DNA from: a virus
Reading direction: 5' to 3' (one strand)
Virus record (IMG/VR): IMGVR_UViG_3300042868_010462
Location: 1-64,000 of that record
Length of the DNA: 64,000 nt
The translations under genes and the position numbers were made by a program. The notes beneath the pieces are model-generated. The model was not told the origin of the DNA. It saw only the letters and a program-made list of their open reading frames with translations, and ran no database searches. This document shows, in pieces, positions 1 through 10,475 of this stretch (position 1 is its first letter; each line of letters starts with the position of its first letter).

Positions 1-972
1 ATAGATTTGGGAGGCATTATTACCAAATTGTAAGTAATTTGATACGCCATCACTTGATGATGTCCCTGCAAAATTATCCCCACCAACACTAAGAATTCCA
101 TTATCTGACAAGTTTAATGTTTGGAAAGTATATGCACTATTCAAAAACTCTAAACGACCATTATTGTTAACACGAATTGTTTTGTTTATATTTGTAGCAC
201 CTGCTGAGGTATTTGTAACTCTTATGAAGTCAGTATATCCAGTACCCCCAATTGTATTACTACCTGAAAAAACTAACATACCATTAGTGTTTCCGGCATC
301 AAGTATTGTTTTTCCGTATAACCCATTAGTTGTAACACCTGAACTACAAAGTAAAGAATCGTTGACATTGATTGGCGAACAACCATATATATTTTCAATA
401 TACAAATCGGTTATACAAGTCGCTGATGTATTTCCAGTAAATGGAGTATATTTTTTCCATACTGCTGTAGAATAAGTTTCACCACTGACACCATCAATTG
501 TATTTGCAGTCCAACTATTAATGAAAGTAATGTTTTCAGGGGAGTTAGCTCTTATTGTTGTACCAAAATCAGATATTATTGTTGTTCCAGTTGAACCAGT
601 TGCTGAATTCCAAAGGGATTCATAATTATTAATCAAAAATTGGTACACTTGGTTTTCTTCATAAACATACACTAACATACCTAACTTTCTTCTTCCTGAT
701 GAAATATTATCAGGTTGAAGTGTTAATGTGTTAACAGAAAATGTTGTACCACTACCTTTTGAAAAAGTAATTGGGATTGTATTTCCACTAAACTCAATTG
801 GTCCGAATGTGGATGGCGGGATTGTGTAATATAGTTGGTCTAAAGAATATACTTCCATATAACCACCAGTGGACAAAGTTGAGTAACTAGTCCCAAATGT
901 TTTTGTTCTTTCTAAACTTTGTTGTCCCAATAATTGATTAGGACTTATTGGATTTTTATATGGAAAACTCAT
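1..972 (-). CDS. virion fibre/decoration protein (partial, runs off the left edge)
   Basis: Not in the ORF track. ATG at 972 overlaps the upstream TAA (TAATG) and the frame is open to base 1: MSFPYKNPISPNQLLG...SSGRRKLGMLVYVYEENQVYQF. The RRxxGMxV motif is shared with 9332..10462; T/G/S/N-rich. Confidence 0.7.
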   Translation of the reverse strand, partial: MSFPYKNPISPNQLLGQQSLERTKTFGTSYSTLSTGGYMEVYSLDQLYYTIPPSTFGPIEFSGNTIPITFSKGSGTTFSVNTLTLQPDNISSGRRKLGMLVYVYEENQVYQFLINNYESLWNSATGSTGTTIISDFGTTIRANSPENITFINSWTANTIDGVSGETYSTAVWKKYTPFTGNTSATCITDLYIENIYGCSPINVNDSLLCSSGVTTNGLYGKTILDAGNTNGMLVFSGSNTIGGTGYTDFIRVTNTSAGATNINKTIRVNNNGRLEFLNSAYTFQTLNLSDNGILSVGGDNFAGTSSSDGVSNYLQFGNNASQIY

Positions 973-2225
973 TAGCCTACACTACCTCCTTTAAAATATA
1001 TATCTGTCGTTTGATTATCTATTAAGAAATCACCAGCTGGATATGTTGTATATACCCTATAAGTTACTGATGGTATTGTTGAACCAGTATATGTAAATGT
1101 ATTTGTTCTAATTGTTGATTCTGTTAACACATTACTAAATACATTCGGATTACCTAAACTTAAATCAATATCTAATTGAGATTGATTATTTGTTAAAACA
1201 ATTGGTATAATCCAAGTGTACCAAGCTTGGTCTAATATTGTATTTTGAAGTATTTCTGTCGTTTCAAAATTGTATGCTATTTTTGTATTACCGAAACTAT
1301 CTACACCACCAGTTGTTTGTGGTACATTGGATGTTATAATCGTTGGTAATTCACCATTTGTCCAACCACTATAATTAACATACAAGTTCATCTCAGTATT
1401 AAATGTCGTTGCACTTGAACTTGGTTGACTTGTATTACTGAAACCAAAGAATTGTGGAGCTCCATTACCAAACATATAGTTACCAATACTTGTTGCGGCA
1501 CTTATTGGTTCAATAAACAAATAAGCAAATGTTGAAGGTAATGGAGATGATGTTGGTGTAACAGATGGTGTAATACTTGGTGTTACACTTATTGTTGGAG
1601 TTATTGTTGGTGTTATAGTTGGTGTTACACTTATTGTAGGTGTTATACTCGGAGTTACTGAAATTGTTGGTGTTACACTTATTGTTGGTGTTATACTTGG
1701 TGTTACACTTGGGGTTAATGAAATCGTTGGTGTTGGTGTAGGTGTGATTGCAACACAACTATTGTTTACACAAACATCACCAATAAAAATATCACATTCA
1801 GTCAAAGCAATTGGATTACTACCACAATAATATAATGTTGTACCTGAGTTGATTGGTAATACACTTGTAATTGTTCCATCACATTGTGTATAATAAAAAG
1901 TTCCACCAGTTGTTCCAGTATTCGTTATTTGAATACATCTACATAAATCAGTTGGTGTCGAACTTGGTGTAGGTGTAATTGTTGGAGTAGGTGTCGGTGT
2001 TACAGGACAACTATATGGTAAAAATGTTTCACATCCGTTACTATCAATAACTTTAATAATTATACTATCCGCAACATCTAAAGGTGATGGAATATCAAAA
2101 GTTGTTGTTGCCGATAATGATGTTGAGCCAGTTAGTGTATAACAATAGATTAATGTTACATCACAAACTATGACTTGATATGGGGGTGTCCCAGTTGTTG
2201 CTGATATACTTATTTGATGTGGCAT
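972..2225 (-). CDS. virion decoration protein with long Pro/Thr repeat linker
   Basis: 417 aa. Cys-containing beta domains separated by ([10 protein letters not shown])n tracts; C-terminal WIIP...TYRVYT resembles the end of 10476..11441. Confidence 0.6.
   Translation of the reverse strand: MPHQISISATTGTPPYQVIVCDVTLIYCYTLTGSTSLSATTTFDIPSPLDVADSIIIKVIDSNGCETFLPYSCPVTPTPTPTITPTPSSTPTDLCRCIQITNTGTTGGTFYYTQCDGTITSVLPINSGTTLYYCGSNPIALTECDIFIGDVCVNNSCVAITPTPTPTISLTPSVTPSITPTISVTPTISVTPSITPTISVTPTITPTITPTISVTPSITPSVTPTSSPLPSTFAYLFIEPISAATSIGNYMFGNGAPQFFGFSNTSQPSSSATTFNTEMNLYVNYSGWTNGELPTIITSNVPQTTGGVDSFGNTKIAYNFETTEILQNTILDQAWYTWIIPIVLTNNQSQLDIDLSLGNPNVFSNVLTESTIRTNTFTYTGSTIPSVTYRVYTTYPAGDFLIDNQTTDIYFKGGSVG
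1545..1748 (-). repeat. coding degenerate tandem repeat (TPxI/V units)
   Basis: Repeated GGTGTTACACTTATTGT-like units encoding the [10 protein letters not shown] tract. Confidence 0.8.
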
Positions 2226-2237
2226 ATAGGATAAATA

Positions 2238-3158
2238 TTACCAACAAGTTATTATAACTAAACCATCCCCTCCATTTCCACCTCTTCCTCCAGTAGTTCC
2301 AGCACCACCACCTCCACCACCTGAACCATACGCACCATTTCCTCCAATACCTCCAGCGGTAGTATTATTAGCGTATCCTCCAGCACCACCTGTGAAAAAC
2401 AAATTATATGGCATATTGATTAATTGCTCATTATATGATGAGAATCCGCTATCAGCTTCAGATGGGTTGGTTGGATTACCTCCGTTTATTGTTGAGACAA
2501 ATCCTGAACCTGTTACATTCGCACCAACACGAGAAGTTGTTGATACACCAGCTCCACCTGCACCACCTGAAACGATATTAGTCAAAGATACTGCAGTACC
2601 TGATTGATTTTGGTTACCTCCACTTCCCCCTAATTGTCCAGCTATCAAAGATACCAAAAAATTATAACTAAGAAATCCTGCGGTCTGAAGAAATACTGTA
2701 CCAGCACTACCTGCGGTAGCATTAGAACTACCGACAGCTCCACCATTACCTGCCCCTGCTGCGGCAGCTCCACTTGCTAAAATTATATTTGATGTTGTTG
2801 TATTTGGTTGTACACTAACATACGATAAAGTACCTACAGTACCATTACCTCCAGCTCCTGCCGTAGGTAACCCACCAGTACCCCCCATACCAACTAAAAT
2901 ATAAAGTGTATCAGGAATAGTTGAAAGTGTACCAAAAGCTCGACTTATTGCCGAAGCACCACCACCAGCACCACCTGACCTAGCACTACCAGCAATACTT
3001 GTAGCACCCGCACCACCTCCTCCACCTCCACCGATGACAATCATTTGCATAAACTTACAACCATTCGGTTTTTGCCAAGTTTGCCAAACAGCCGAACCTA
3101 TCCCATAGAATGATTGAACATTCTTATCATTATTAGGTAAATTAAAATTATCTATCAT
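2238..3158 (-). CDS. glycine-rich virion protein (paralogue 3)
   Basis: WQTWQKPNGCKFMQMIVIGGGGGGG ... GGNGGDGLVIITCW, typical of the phage Gly-rich fibre domain. Confidence 0.75.
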   Translation of the reverse strand: MIDNFNLPNNDKNVQSFYGIGSAVWQTWQKPNGCKFMQMIVIGGGGGGGAGATSIAGSARSGGAGGGASAISRAFGTLSTIPDTLYILVGMGGTGGLPTAGAGGNGTVGTLSYVSVQPNTTTSNIILASGAAAAGAGNGGAVGSSNATAGSAGTVFLQTAGFLSYNFLVSLIAGQLGGSGGNQNQSGTAVSLTNIVSGGAGGAGVSTTSRVGANVTGSGFVSTINGGNPTNPSEADSGFSSYNEQLINMPYNLFFTGGAGGYANNTTAGGIGGNGAYGSGGGGGGAGTTGGRGGNGGDGLVIITCW

Positions 3159-3162
3159 ATTA

Positions 3163-4053
3163 TTACCAACAAGTTATTATTACTAAACCATCGCCACCTC
3201 TACCCCCTCTTCCACCAGTGAGTCCACCCCCTCCACCACCTCCGCCACAACCCCATCCACCATCTCCACCATTACCACCAGTACCACTTGCATTCGAACC
3301 ACCACCAGCACCACCTGTAAAAAATAAAGGTGAAGAACTTGATAGTATCGATGAGGGATTAAATTGATTAAATCCCGCACCACCATTAAATCCACCAACA
3401 GCTCCACCACTTATCGTGGGGATAAACCCTGCTCCAGTTATATTACCACCAACGGCTTGAACATTAGCTGTAGTTAAACCCCCACCACCTGCACCACCAG
3501 TTGTTGGTCTTGATATTGTAATATTTGTTCCTGCTCCAAAAGAACCCCCAACAGAACCATTAACACCACCGATAGAATTAAAAATACCCATACCCATCAA
3601 TACACTATTAGCTACGGTATTAGGATTATTACCAGTACCTGCAGCAGCATTTGAATTCCCACCGGTATTATTACTCGAGCTACTAATAATTAGATGATTT
3701 TGGACAAATGTTGTAACATTATTTATTCCAACATAAGTAACAGTTCCCGCAGTACCATTCGATGACGCAGCCCCACCAGCACCACCTGGACCTATTAAAA
3801 TATGTAATCTTTCAGGGACAAAAAAAGCGGGAATTAATAGTGTTGTTAGGGCACTACTACCACCTCCACCACCACCATTTCTATTAGTTCCGGCAATACC
3901 TGTCAATCCACCAGCACCACCAGCACCACCTCCTAATACAAAGAAGTGTATGAATTTACAACCTTTAGGTTTAATCCAAGTTTCCCAAGGGCCTGTTCTA
4001 TAAAATACTTGAGTATTATAAGTTGTATCGGCTAAATGAAATAAATCTAACAT
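3163..4053 (-). CDS. glycine-rich virion protein (paralogue 2)
   Basis: WETWIKPKGCKFIHFFVLGGGAGG ... GGRGGDGLVIITCW. Confidence 0.75.
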   Translation of the reverse strand: MLDLFHLADTTYNTQVFYRTGPWETWIKPKGCKFIHFFVLGGGAGGAGGLTGIAGTNRNGGGGGGSSALTTLLIPAFFVPERLHILIGPGGAGGAASSNGTAGTVTYVGINNVTTFVQNHLIISSSSNNTGGNSNAAAGTGNNPNTVANSVLMGMGIFNSIGGVNGSVGGSFGAGTNITISRPTTGGAGGGGLTTANVQAVGGNITGAGFIPTISGGAVGGFNGGAGFNQFNPSSILSSSSPLFFTGGAGGGSNASGTGGNGGDGGWGCGGGGGGGGLTGGRGGRGGDGLVIITCW

Positions 4054-4054
4054 A

Positions 4055-4954
4055 TTACCAAGATATAATTATTACTAAACCATCACCACCTCTTCCACCT
4101 GAACCACCAGTAGTCCCAGCACCTCCACCACCACCTCCACAACCGAAAGCTCCATTACCACCATCACCCCCTATACCAGCACCATTTGCTCCCCCACCCG
4201 AACCACCAGTAAAAATAAAGGCGTTTCTTAAAACATTTGATTTATTTGGAAAAGAACCTGTAAATCCATCAGTTCCTCTATTTGTGCCACCCGCTGCTCC
4301 ACCTGATAATGTAGGAAAAACACCACCTGTATTCACATTACCACCAGTTCCATTTGCGTTTGCGGCACTTGACCCACCTCCACCAGACCCACCACATAAT
4401 GGAGAAGTTGGTGCTAAAGCCGTACCATTACCTCCTGCATTAGACCCACCACTTGTACCATTTTGACCTGCACCAAATAAATTGACACCTGAATAACCCA
4501 AGATTTGATTTGCCGCTGTAGGTGCACCACCAGTACCTCCAAGAGTACCTGCAGCAGCACCTCCACCAGGTGTGGTGGAATTACTATATAGTAAAACATT
4601 CACACTTGTAGTATCAGGTAAAACTGATACATATGAAATACTACCAGCACTTCCGTTACTATTTGGTGTTCCACCAGCCCCACCATAACCAACATTGATG
4701 TATACAATATCAGGTAGTGTATTAGCCATAAACATACCTTTGTTCATACCCGAAGACCCACCTCCACCACCACCAGTTCTTCCGACACCAGTACCTGATT
4801 GACCTCCACCACCTCCAGCCCCACCACCGATGACGAGCATATATACAAACTTACAACCCCTTGGTTTTTGCCAAGTTTGCCAAGTACTCGAACCAATAGC
4901 GTAAAATATAGCAACACTATTGTCTAAATTGGGGAGGTTATTATAATCAATCAT
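4055..4954 (-). CDS. glycine-rich virion protein (paralogue 1)
   Basis: WQTWQKPRGCKFVYMLVIGGGAGG ... GGRGGDGLVIIISW. Confidence 0.75.
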   Translation of the reverse strand: MIDYNNLPNLDNSVAIFYAIGSSTWQTWQKPRGCKFVYMLVIGGGAGGGGGQSGTGVGRTGGGGGGSSGMNKGMFMANTLPDIVYINVGYGGAGGTPNSNGSAGSISYVSVLPDTTSVNVLLYSNSTTPGGGAAAGTLGGTGGAPTAANQILGYSGVNLFGAGQNGTSGGSNAGGNGTALAPTSPLCGGSGGGGSSAANANGTGGNVNTGGVFPTLSGGAAGGTNRGTDGFTGSFPNKSNVLRNAFIFTGGSGGGANGAGIGGDGGNGAFGCGGGGGGAGTTGGSGGRGGDGLVIIISW

Positions 4955-4964
4955 AAATTATTAT

Positions 4965-5138
4965 TTAAGCCCAAGGTGGAATTACATTTGTTTCAACTAT
5001 AAAGTATCCATAAGGTGAAACTAAATCCAAAGGGTCACCAACCAAACTAAAGAAAGCGGTATTACCAAACTCATCATTTCTTTGATAAAATTGACCTTCA
5101 TAACCATAGTTAAACTCACATAGTGCGTATATGTACAT
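4965..5138 (-). CDS. small hypothetical protein (57 aa), possible fibre chaperone/assembly protein
   Basis: Below the track cutoff. MYIYALCEFNYGYEGQFYQRNDEFGNTAFFSLVGDPLDLVSPYGYFIVETNVIPPWA fills the gap between co-oriented genes. Confidence 0.65.
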   Translation of the reverse strand: MYIYALCEFNYGYEGQFYQRNDEFGNTAFFSLVGDPLDLVSPYGYFIVETNVIPPWA

Positions 5139-5149
5139 AATTAATTTTT

Positions 5150-5569
5150 TTAGTAATCACCACCGATTATGGTTGCATCCCAACCTGCAGCATTAGGTGC
5201 CGTACCCAAAGTTACATAAATTACATAATTTGCGGGTAAGGCAAAATTCAAAGGTAATTCATAAGTCGATTGTGCTGCAACCTCAGATGCTGCTGTTGTT
5301 GGTAATGTTATTTCATCCCATAGATTATTGTTTGTTGCAGTACCGGTTGTTCCACCATTGTTAATCCATACCCTACCTACTGTTGCGGCAAGATTTTGAC
5401 CCAAAGTTCTAAATCTTATTCTCTGAACATAACTTCCGTTAGTTCCACCCGTAAATACAGGATAAATTGTGCCTGATGTTAAATCTTTTGTGGTATTAGC
5501 TGATGTCATTGCATCAGCCCATTGTATTTTTGGTGTTAGTGTAAAAATTGGTGATGTATTTGCTGGCAT
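5150..5569 (-). CDS. small virion structural protein
   Basis: 139 aa, beta-rich (MPANTSPIFTLTPK...WDEITLP), in the fibre operon. Confidence 0.55.
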   Translation of the reverse strand: MPANTSPIFTLTPKIQWADAMTSANTTKDLTSGTIYPVFTGGTNGSYVQRIRFRTLGQNLAATVGRVWINNGGTTGTATNNNLWDEITLPTTAASEVAAQSTYELPLNFALPANYVIYVTLGTAPNAAGWDATIIGGDY

Positions 5570-5581
5570 ATTTTTATATTT

Positions 5582-7606
5582 TTATATTAATTGATAACTA
5601 TTTGATATTGCGTAAGTTTTTCCATAATCAAATGTTGATGTTGTTGAACCTGTAAAACTGATATCGAAATTTGGATAAGTACCTGTTACAGATATATTTG
5701 TACCACCACTTAATGTCACAGTTTGGTCTGGTAATGAATTGGTAATGGTAAAGTTTGGATAAGTCCCACCTGTTGTAATACCAGTTCCACCACTTAATGT
5801 TATAGTTTGGTCAGGTGCTGTATTAATAATTGTTACATTACCTGATGTTGTATTTGCAGACAGACCTACACCAGTTGTTAAAGAATTAACGACATTAGTA
5901 TAACCAGTAAAAAATCCTGATACATTGAATGTACCTCCTGTGTTATTTGTGAATGTTGTTGTACCATTTGAATAAGTTCCACCTGTAACAAAAACATCCG
6001 TTGGTAAATTCTGATAAGTGGTTGCAGAGATTGTACTTGCGGTTAATCCGTTGTAAATGATAACATCATCATCAATAATTGTAGTACCACTGATATTAAC
6101 ATCTGCCGTAAAAGTTACACTATTCCCACCAAAAGTTATATCAGTACCATCATCAATAATTTGACTATCAATTAATTCGTTAACACCATTCCATTTAGCT
6201 AAATAATTCGTAACACCAGTACCTGTTAAAGTACCTTGAGTAAGTCCACTTACATTAAATGTTCCACCAGTATTATTTCTAAATAAAATATCTCCGTTTG
6301 AATATGTTCCCCCAGTTACAAATACATCAGTCAAACCTGATAAGTTTGCACCACTACCATAGTAGGTTGTTGCGGTTACACCACCATTAATTGTCTGACC
6401 AACTGAAAAAATATTATCAACATTTGTGTAAGCATTGTTTGAATATTGTGTTGAAGTTAAGTGAAAATATTCTCCAGCACTACCTCCTTGAATTGCATTT
6501 AAATCGTTATGTGCGGTAACTTGTGTTGATTGAAATACACTAACGAAAGCACTCTCAACTGAACCAGTTGTTGCACTAACTTGTACAATTATTCTTCCTG
6601 TTAAGAAGGCATGAGATGTAACTAATTCGGGTAAACTTGGTTCTACTGATAATTGAGCTTCTGCAACACTATCATATTCATCATTACCCCAAACTTCATA
6701 TAAGTGGTCATTCACTTCTTGCCCCCTGAAATACCAATTCACCAAATACTTACCAGCTGTAGCCAAAACCTTATCTGTACCATCGTCATAATATTCGTTA
6801 TTCAGAGTATTAGCAGTTGTTGTATAAACCCAAGTTCCACCACTATGAAAACTTTGAAAAAATATATCATCTTGAGAATTAAGTTGGGGTAATGCTTGAC
6901 GATAGACCCCATTCCATGCAACACCTGCAGATAATGTAACGACACCAGTCGAACCACTCAAGCCCAATGAAAATCCTGATTCTCTTGCAAATCTATCAGT
7001 TGATAAAATTCTATCATTTATCTTATTTGGTAATCCTGCTCCATAGTTATCAAATTCTAAAACATGCACAAAATTACCACTTCTGTAGGTTATCATAAAT
7101 AACACAACATCACTATCGGTGATTACAGAATCATTATCATAAACATAATATCTTGGACTACCTCCATTATATTCAATAACCACATAACTTGTGTCTTCAT
7201 CAAATAAACTTGGTATTCCACCACTTCCAGTTGTCCCACTTGGAACTATATAAACTTTTAATGGTTCAATGAAATTTGAATTATTGTATAATGCAACGGT
7301 AACTTGAGGTAAAGTTAGAGTTCCATTATTATTATCAGTCCATCCTGTTGCATTTGTTATCAAACCTGCATTATATGGGGCAGAACCTGAAATAACAATT
7401 GTACCACCAGTACTATTATTTAGTGTTAAATTTCCATTTGAAAATGTACCTCCAGTTATTGAAGTACCTGAACCACCAACAATTCCAGTTAAGTTACTAC
7501 CATCACCATATAAAGTTCCACCACTTATTGTCGTTGCCGAAAATAAGGTAATACCAGTTATTGAACCAAAAATTTTTTCTCCTCTTACATTAGGTGTTGC
7601 ACTCAT
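5582..7606 (-). CDS. long fibre-like virion protein
   Basis: 674 aa, T/G/S-rich, with repeated VTGGTYSNG..FTNNTGGTFNVSG and PDQTxTLSGGT modules. Confidence 0.65.
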   Translation of the reverse strand: MSATPNVRGEKIFGSITGITLFSATTISGGTLYGDGSNLTGIVGGSGTSITGGTFSNGNLTLNNSTGGTIVISGSAPYNAGLITNATGWTDNNNGTLTLPQVTVALYNNSNFIEPLKVYIVPSGTTGSGGIPSLFDEDTSYVVIEYNGGSPRYYVYDNDSVITDSDVVLFMITYRSGNFVHVLEFDNYGAGLPNKINDRILSTDRFARESGFSLGLSGSTGVVTLSAGVAWNGVYRQALPQLNSQDDIFFQSFHSGGTWVYTTTANTLNNEYYDDGTDKVLATAGKYLVNWYFRGQEVNDHLYEVWGNDEYDSVAEAQLSVEPSLPELVTSHAFLTGRIIVQVSATTGSVESAFVSVFQSTQVTAHNDLNAIQGGSAGEYFHLTSTQYSNNAYTNVDNIFSVGQTINGGVTATTYYGSGANLSGLTDVFVTGGTYSNGDILFRNNTGGTFNVSGLTQGTLTGTGVTNYLAKWNGVNELIDSQIIDDGTDITFGGNSVTFTADVNISGTTIIDDDVIIYNGLTASTISATTYQNLPTDVFVTGGTYSNGTTTFTNNTGGTFNVSGFFTGYTNVVNSLTTGVGLSANTTSGNVTIINTAPDQTITLSGGTGITTGGTYPNFTITNSLPDQTVTLSGGTNISVTGTYPNFDISFTGSTTSTFDYGKTYAISNSYQLI

Positions 7607-7621
7607 ACTTTATAAATATTG

Positions 7622-8494
7622 TTAATTCAAAACTTTACCCGCCCATAGTACAGCATTTGTAACTAATCTTCTTAAATTAGCACGAGTTGCAATATATGAT
7701 GGGAAATAAAGGTTAATACCAACTAATCTTGCTGTTCCAACTGTATTAATACCAATTATTGGATATCCTGATGTTGTATATGTAGCAATTGTATTTGCAC
7801 CACTTTGTAAAGTTGTTACCAAATTATTTTGTACTGTACTATTAGTTGTTAAACCAGTCCCCACACCTGTTGTTATTGGATGTACTATTGTTACTGTCAT
7901 ATTACCAGTTGAGTCACTACTTTGATTCACAGTACCAACATAAGGTGTTAAGGTAAAATCAAAACCTATTGGCCTAAGATTCCAAATAAATGTTCCAACA
8001 ACTAAATTACCACCACTATCAACATAGTTCCTCAAAGAAGTGTTCAAGGTAACGGCACCAGTTTGTGAAGAGTTGGTGTAGTACAACACAACATCCCAAC
8101 TACTTGAACTTAAACCAGTACCACTATAGGTTGTTGAAATTGTTACAGCTGAAATTGTTGGTGTTGGATAACCAAGGGAAACAATTTCATTTGAAACTTG
8201 TCCTGACACTGTTGATACTTGAGCATCACCTAAAATCAATAACCTTAATGCTGATGTTGCACCACTAGTTGGTGTTGGTGTAGGTGTAATAGTTAATGTT
8301 GGTGTTATAGTTGGAGTAATCGAAGGTGTTGGTGTTATAGTTGGAGTAATCGAAGATGTTGGTGTTATAGTAGGTGTTATAGATGGAGTTGGTGTTATAG
8401 TTGGAGTAATCGAAGGTGTTGGTGGTACATCAACACCTAACACGACTGGTACTCCACCCAAATCAACAATTTTACCTTCGTGTGTAATAATCAT
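7622..8494 (-). CDS. Pro/Thr-linker protein with C-terminal alpha/beta (ThuA/class I GATase-like) domain
   Basis: (TPSITPTITP)n followed by WDVVLY..LRNYVDSGGNLVV..HPIT..LVTNAVLW. Confidence 0.5.
   Translation of the reverse strand: MIITHEGKIVDLGGVPVVLGVDVPPTPSITPTITPTPSITPTITPTSSITPTITPTPSITPTITPTLTITPTPTPTSGATSALRLLILGDAQVSTVSGQVSNEIVSLGYPTPTISAVTISTTYSGTGLSSSSWDVVLYYTNSSQTGAVTLNTSLRNYVDSGGNLVVGTFIWNLRPIGFDFTLTPYVGTVNQSSDSTGNMTVTIVHPITTGVGTGLTTNSTVQNNLVTTLQSGANTIATYTTSGYPIIGINTVGTARLVGINLYFPSYIATRANLRRLVTNAVLWAGKVLN
8301..8420 (-). repeat. 4 x 30-bp coding tandem repeat
   Basis: GGTGTTATAGTTGGAGTAATCGAAGGTGTT units at 8301, 8331, 8361 (degenerate) and 8391. Confidence 0.85.
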
Positions 8495-8495
8495 A

Positions 8496-9332
8496 TTAAT
8501 AGTTTAATGCTTCTTTTATTCTTATCACAAAGTTTTGAACCACAGTTTGACATTCTCCTGATGTAACTAATACCCCATTATTTTTACTTAATAAAGTTTG
8601 TATTGATAATATGTTTGATGTCGTTGCACCTGATGTATATAGAAATCCACCACAACCACCCAAATTAACTGGTTGTGCCGCATAATTAATTGCATTACCA
8701 AATACGGAACCCCAATTACTATGTCCCAATAAAATGTATAAATTACAATGTGAAGGGTCTGTGGTGTTATATGTTTCCCTAAAAAATGCGTATGTTGTGA
8801 ATCCACTTAAAATTGTTCCGTTATAAATTAATCCTGATGCTAATGTACCACCACCATCAGCACCTGAATTTCCACCGATTTGCCACCCAATAGGTTTTCC
8901 TGAATTACTTCTAGTACCTATAATAGTTAAAGGGAGATAGGTTGGGTCTTGAGTTGTGGTATATTGTGTGTAACCTAATGAAATATAGTAAAAATCAGTG
9001 TCAATTATTGTTGTTGCTGAATTTGTATAAGTAATTGCAGATGGATAAGCAGCAAGTGAATAAGCAGCACTTCCTGTATAAGAAAGTCCGGTTGATAACC
9101 AAGGTGTTGTAATATTTCCTTGGTCAAACATATCACCACCTCCATCTAATATGTAAAATCCAGTACCATCCAATCTATATGTATAAAAACTTGGATTTCT
9201 AAAATCCGACATATAATTACGAAGATAAGTGGCAATTGTATTTAATTGCAAATAGGGTTGGGTAATTACACTTTGAAAATTAAGAAACCTATTATTAAAA
9301 CTTGTAACATTATTTCCATATTTTACAATCAT
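8496..9332 (-). CDS. hypothetical virion protein
   Basis: 278 aa, Y/T/G-rich, translationally coupled within the fibre operon. Confidence 0.5.
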   Translation of the reverse strand: MIVKYGNNVTSFNNRFLNFQSVITQPYLQLNTIATYLRNYMSDFRNPSFYTYRLDGTGFYILDGGGDMFDQGNITTPWLSTGLSYTGSAAYSLAAYPSAITYTNSATTIIDTDFYYISLGYTQYTTTQDPTYLPLTIIGTRSNSGKPIGWQIGGNSGADGGGTLASGLIYNGTILSGFTTYAFFRETYNTTDPSHCNLYILLGHSNWGSVFGNAINYAAQPVNLGGCGGFLYTSGATTSNILSIQTLLSKNNGVLVTSGECQTVVQNFVIRIKEALNY

Positions 9333-10462
9333 TATCCTCTAATAAATCTAATAAAGAGATTATCAGCAACTGCTTCAAAAAAATAATTGTTATTGTAATG
9401 TTTTTGTCCTTGAAATGTTCCCGTTATAATTGACCCAGTGTAATTTCCATTTATATCCCAATTATTTGTGTCATCTAATAAATTGGCAATAGTTCCACCT
9501 GAAGTTATATATGCTGGTATAATATCGGCACTTGCTGAAATAGTACCACCTGAATTAACTTGAACCATTCTATCTGTTGAACCAGCCAATCCTGATGAAG
9601 AAATAGTACCATTCAAAGCGGATGTTCCCGTTACAATTAAATTCCCAGTAATACTTGTATTACCATTTACTGTCCAACCTGTGACACTATTAATACTTGC
9701 GGTTAGAGTTGAACCACTATTCCTTGATATTGTGAATGTATTATTAGAATATGTAAATCCAGTAACAAATGTATCAAAAGAAGAAATACCTGAAACATTG
9801 AATGTTCCCCCAGTATTATTTGTAAAAACAATACTTCCACCACTAAATGTACCACCAGTAACTCTAATATCTGTTGGTAAGTTTTGATATGTTGTTGCAG
9901 ATATTGTTGAAGCCGAAATTCCTGCTGTTGAAACAATATTGAATGTTATTGAAGATAATGCACCAGATAATGATATTGATGATAAAGTTGCTGTTATGTT
10001 GGGTTGATTCTCATTTTGAGAAATGATTAACGATGTTCCACTAAATGTTGCACCAGTCACATATGTATCAGTCAATCCACTTAAACCACTTCCATCCCCA
10101 AAAAAAGTTCCACCACTTATTGTATTTGCTGTTAGTCCATCCAAAAAAATAGTCGCACCTGACACAGTACCACCAGTAAATGTTCCACTACCACCACCTG
10201 AATTAAAAATAGACCAATCAGATAATGTATTTGTCCAAGGTGGTAAGTTTAATTTATAATAGGTCGTACCTCCACCTATACCCACAACCATACCAGCTCT
10301 TCTTCTCAAAGTTGGTATGTTATTTAAATCACTTAATAAATCAACATTTCTTAATCCATCAATACCATATAAGGGGTCTATCACCGGATATGTATCCGTT
10401 GTATCACTCGGAGAAATAAAACCAAAAACCTCAACACCCCCTGATAAACTAAATGAACCCAT
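9332..10462 (-). CDS. fibre-like virion protein
   Basis: N-terminal RRRAGMVV motif; shares ISATTYQNLPTD..VTGGT..FTNNTGGTFNVSG with 5582..7606. Confidence 0.6.
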   Translation of the reverse strand: MGSFSLSGGVEVFGFISPSDTTDTYPVIDPLYGIDGLRNVDLLSDLNNIPTLRRRAGMVVGIGGGTTYYKLNLPPWTNTLSDWSIFNSGGGSGTFTGGTVSGATIFLDGLTANTISGGTFFGDGSGLSGLTDTYVTGATFSGTSLIISQNENQPNITATLSSISLSGALSSITFNIVSTAGISASTISATTYQNLPTDIRVTGGTFSGGSIVFTNNTGGTFNVSGISSFDTFVTGFTYSNNTFTISRNSGSTLTASINSVTGWTVNGNTSITGNLIVTGTSALNGTISSSGLAGSTDRMVQVNSGGTISASADIIPAYITSGGTIANLLDDTNNWDINGNYTGSIITGTFQGQKHYNNNYFFEAVADNLFIRFIRG

Positions 10463-10475
10463 TATTATTTAATTT

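Noticed and set aside
4023-4466. Pro-rich plus-strand ORFs over the Gly-rich genes (also 164..475, 2392..2607, 10023..10259)
   Set aside because: Antisense shadows of GGN/ACN-rich coding strands; no independent start context.
8301-8420. 30-bp repeats (and the 24-bp repeats at 55.6 kb) as a CRISPR array
   Set aside because: Head-to-tail with no spacers, in-frame in proteins, and no cas genes.
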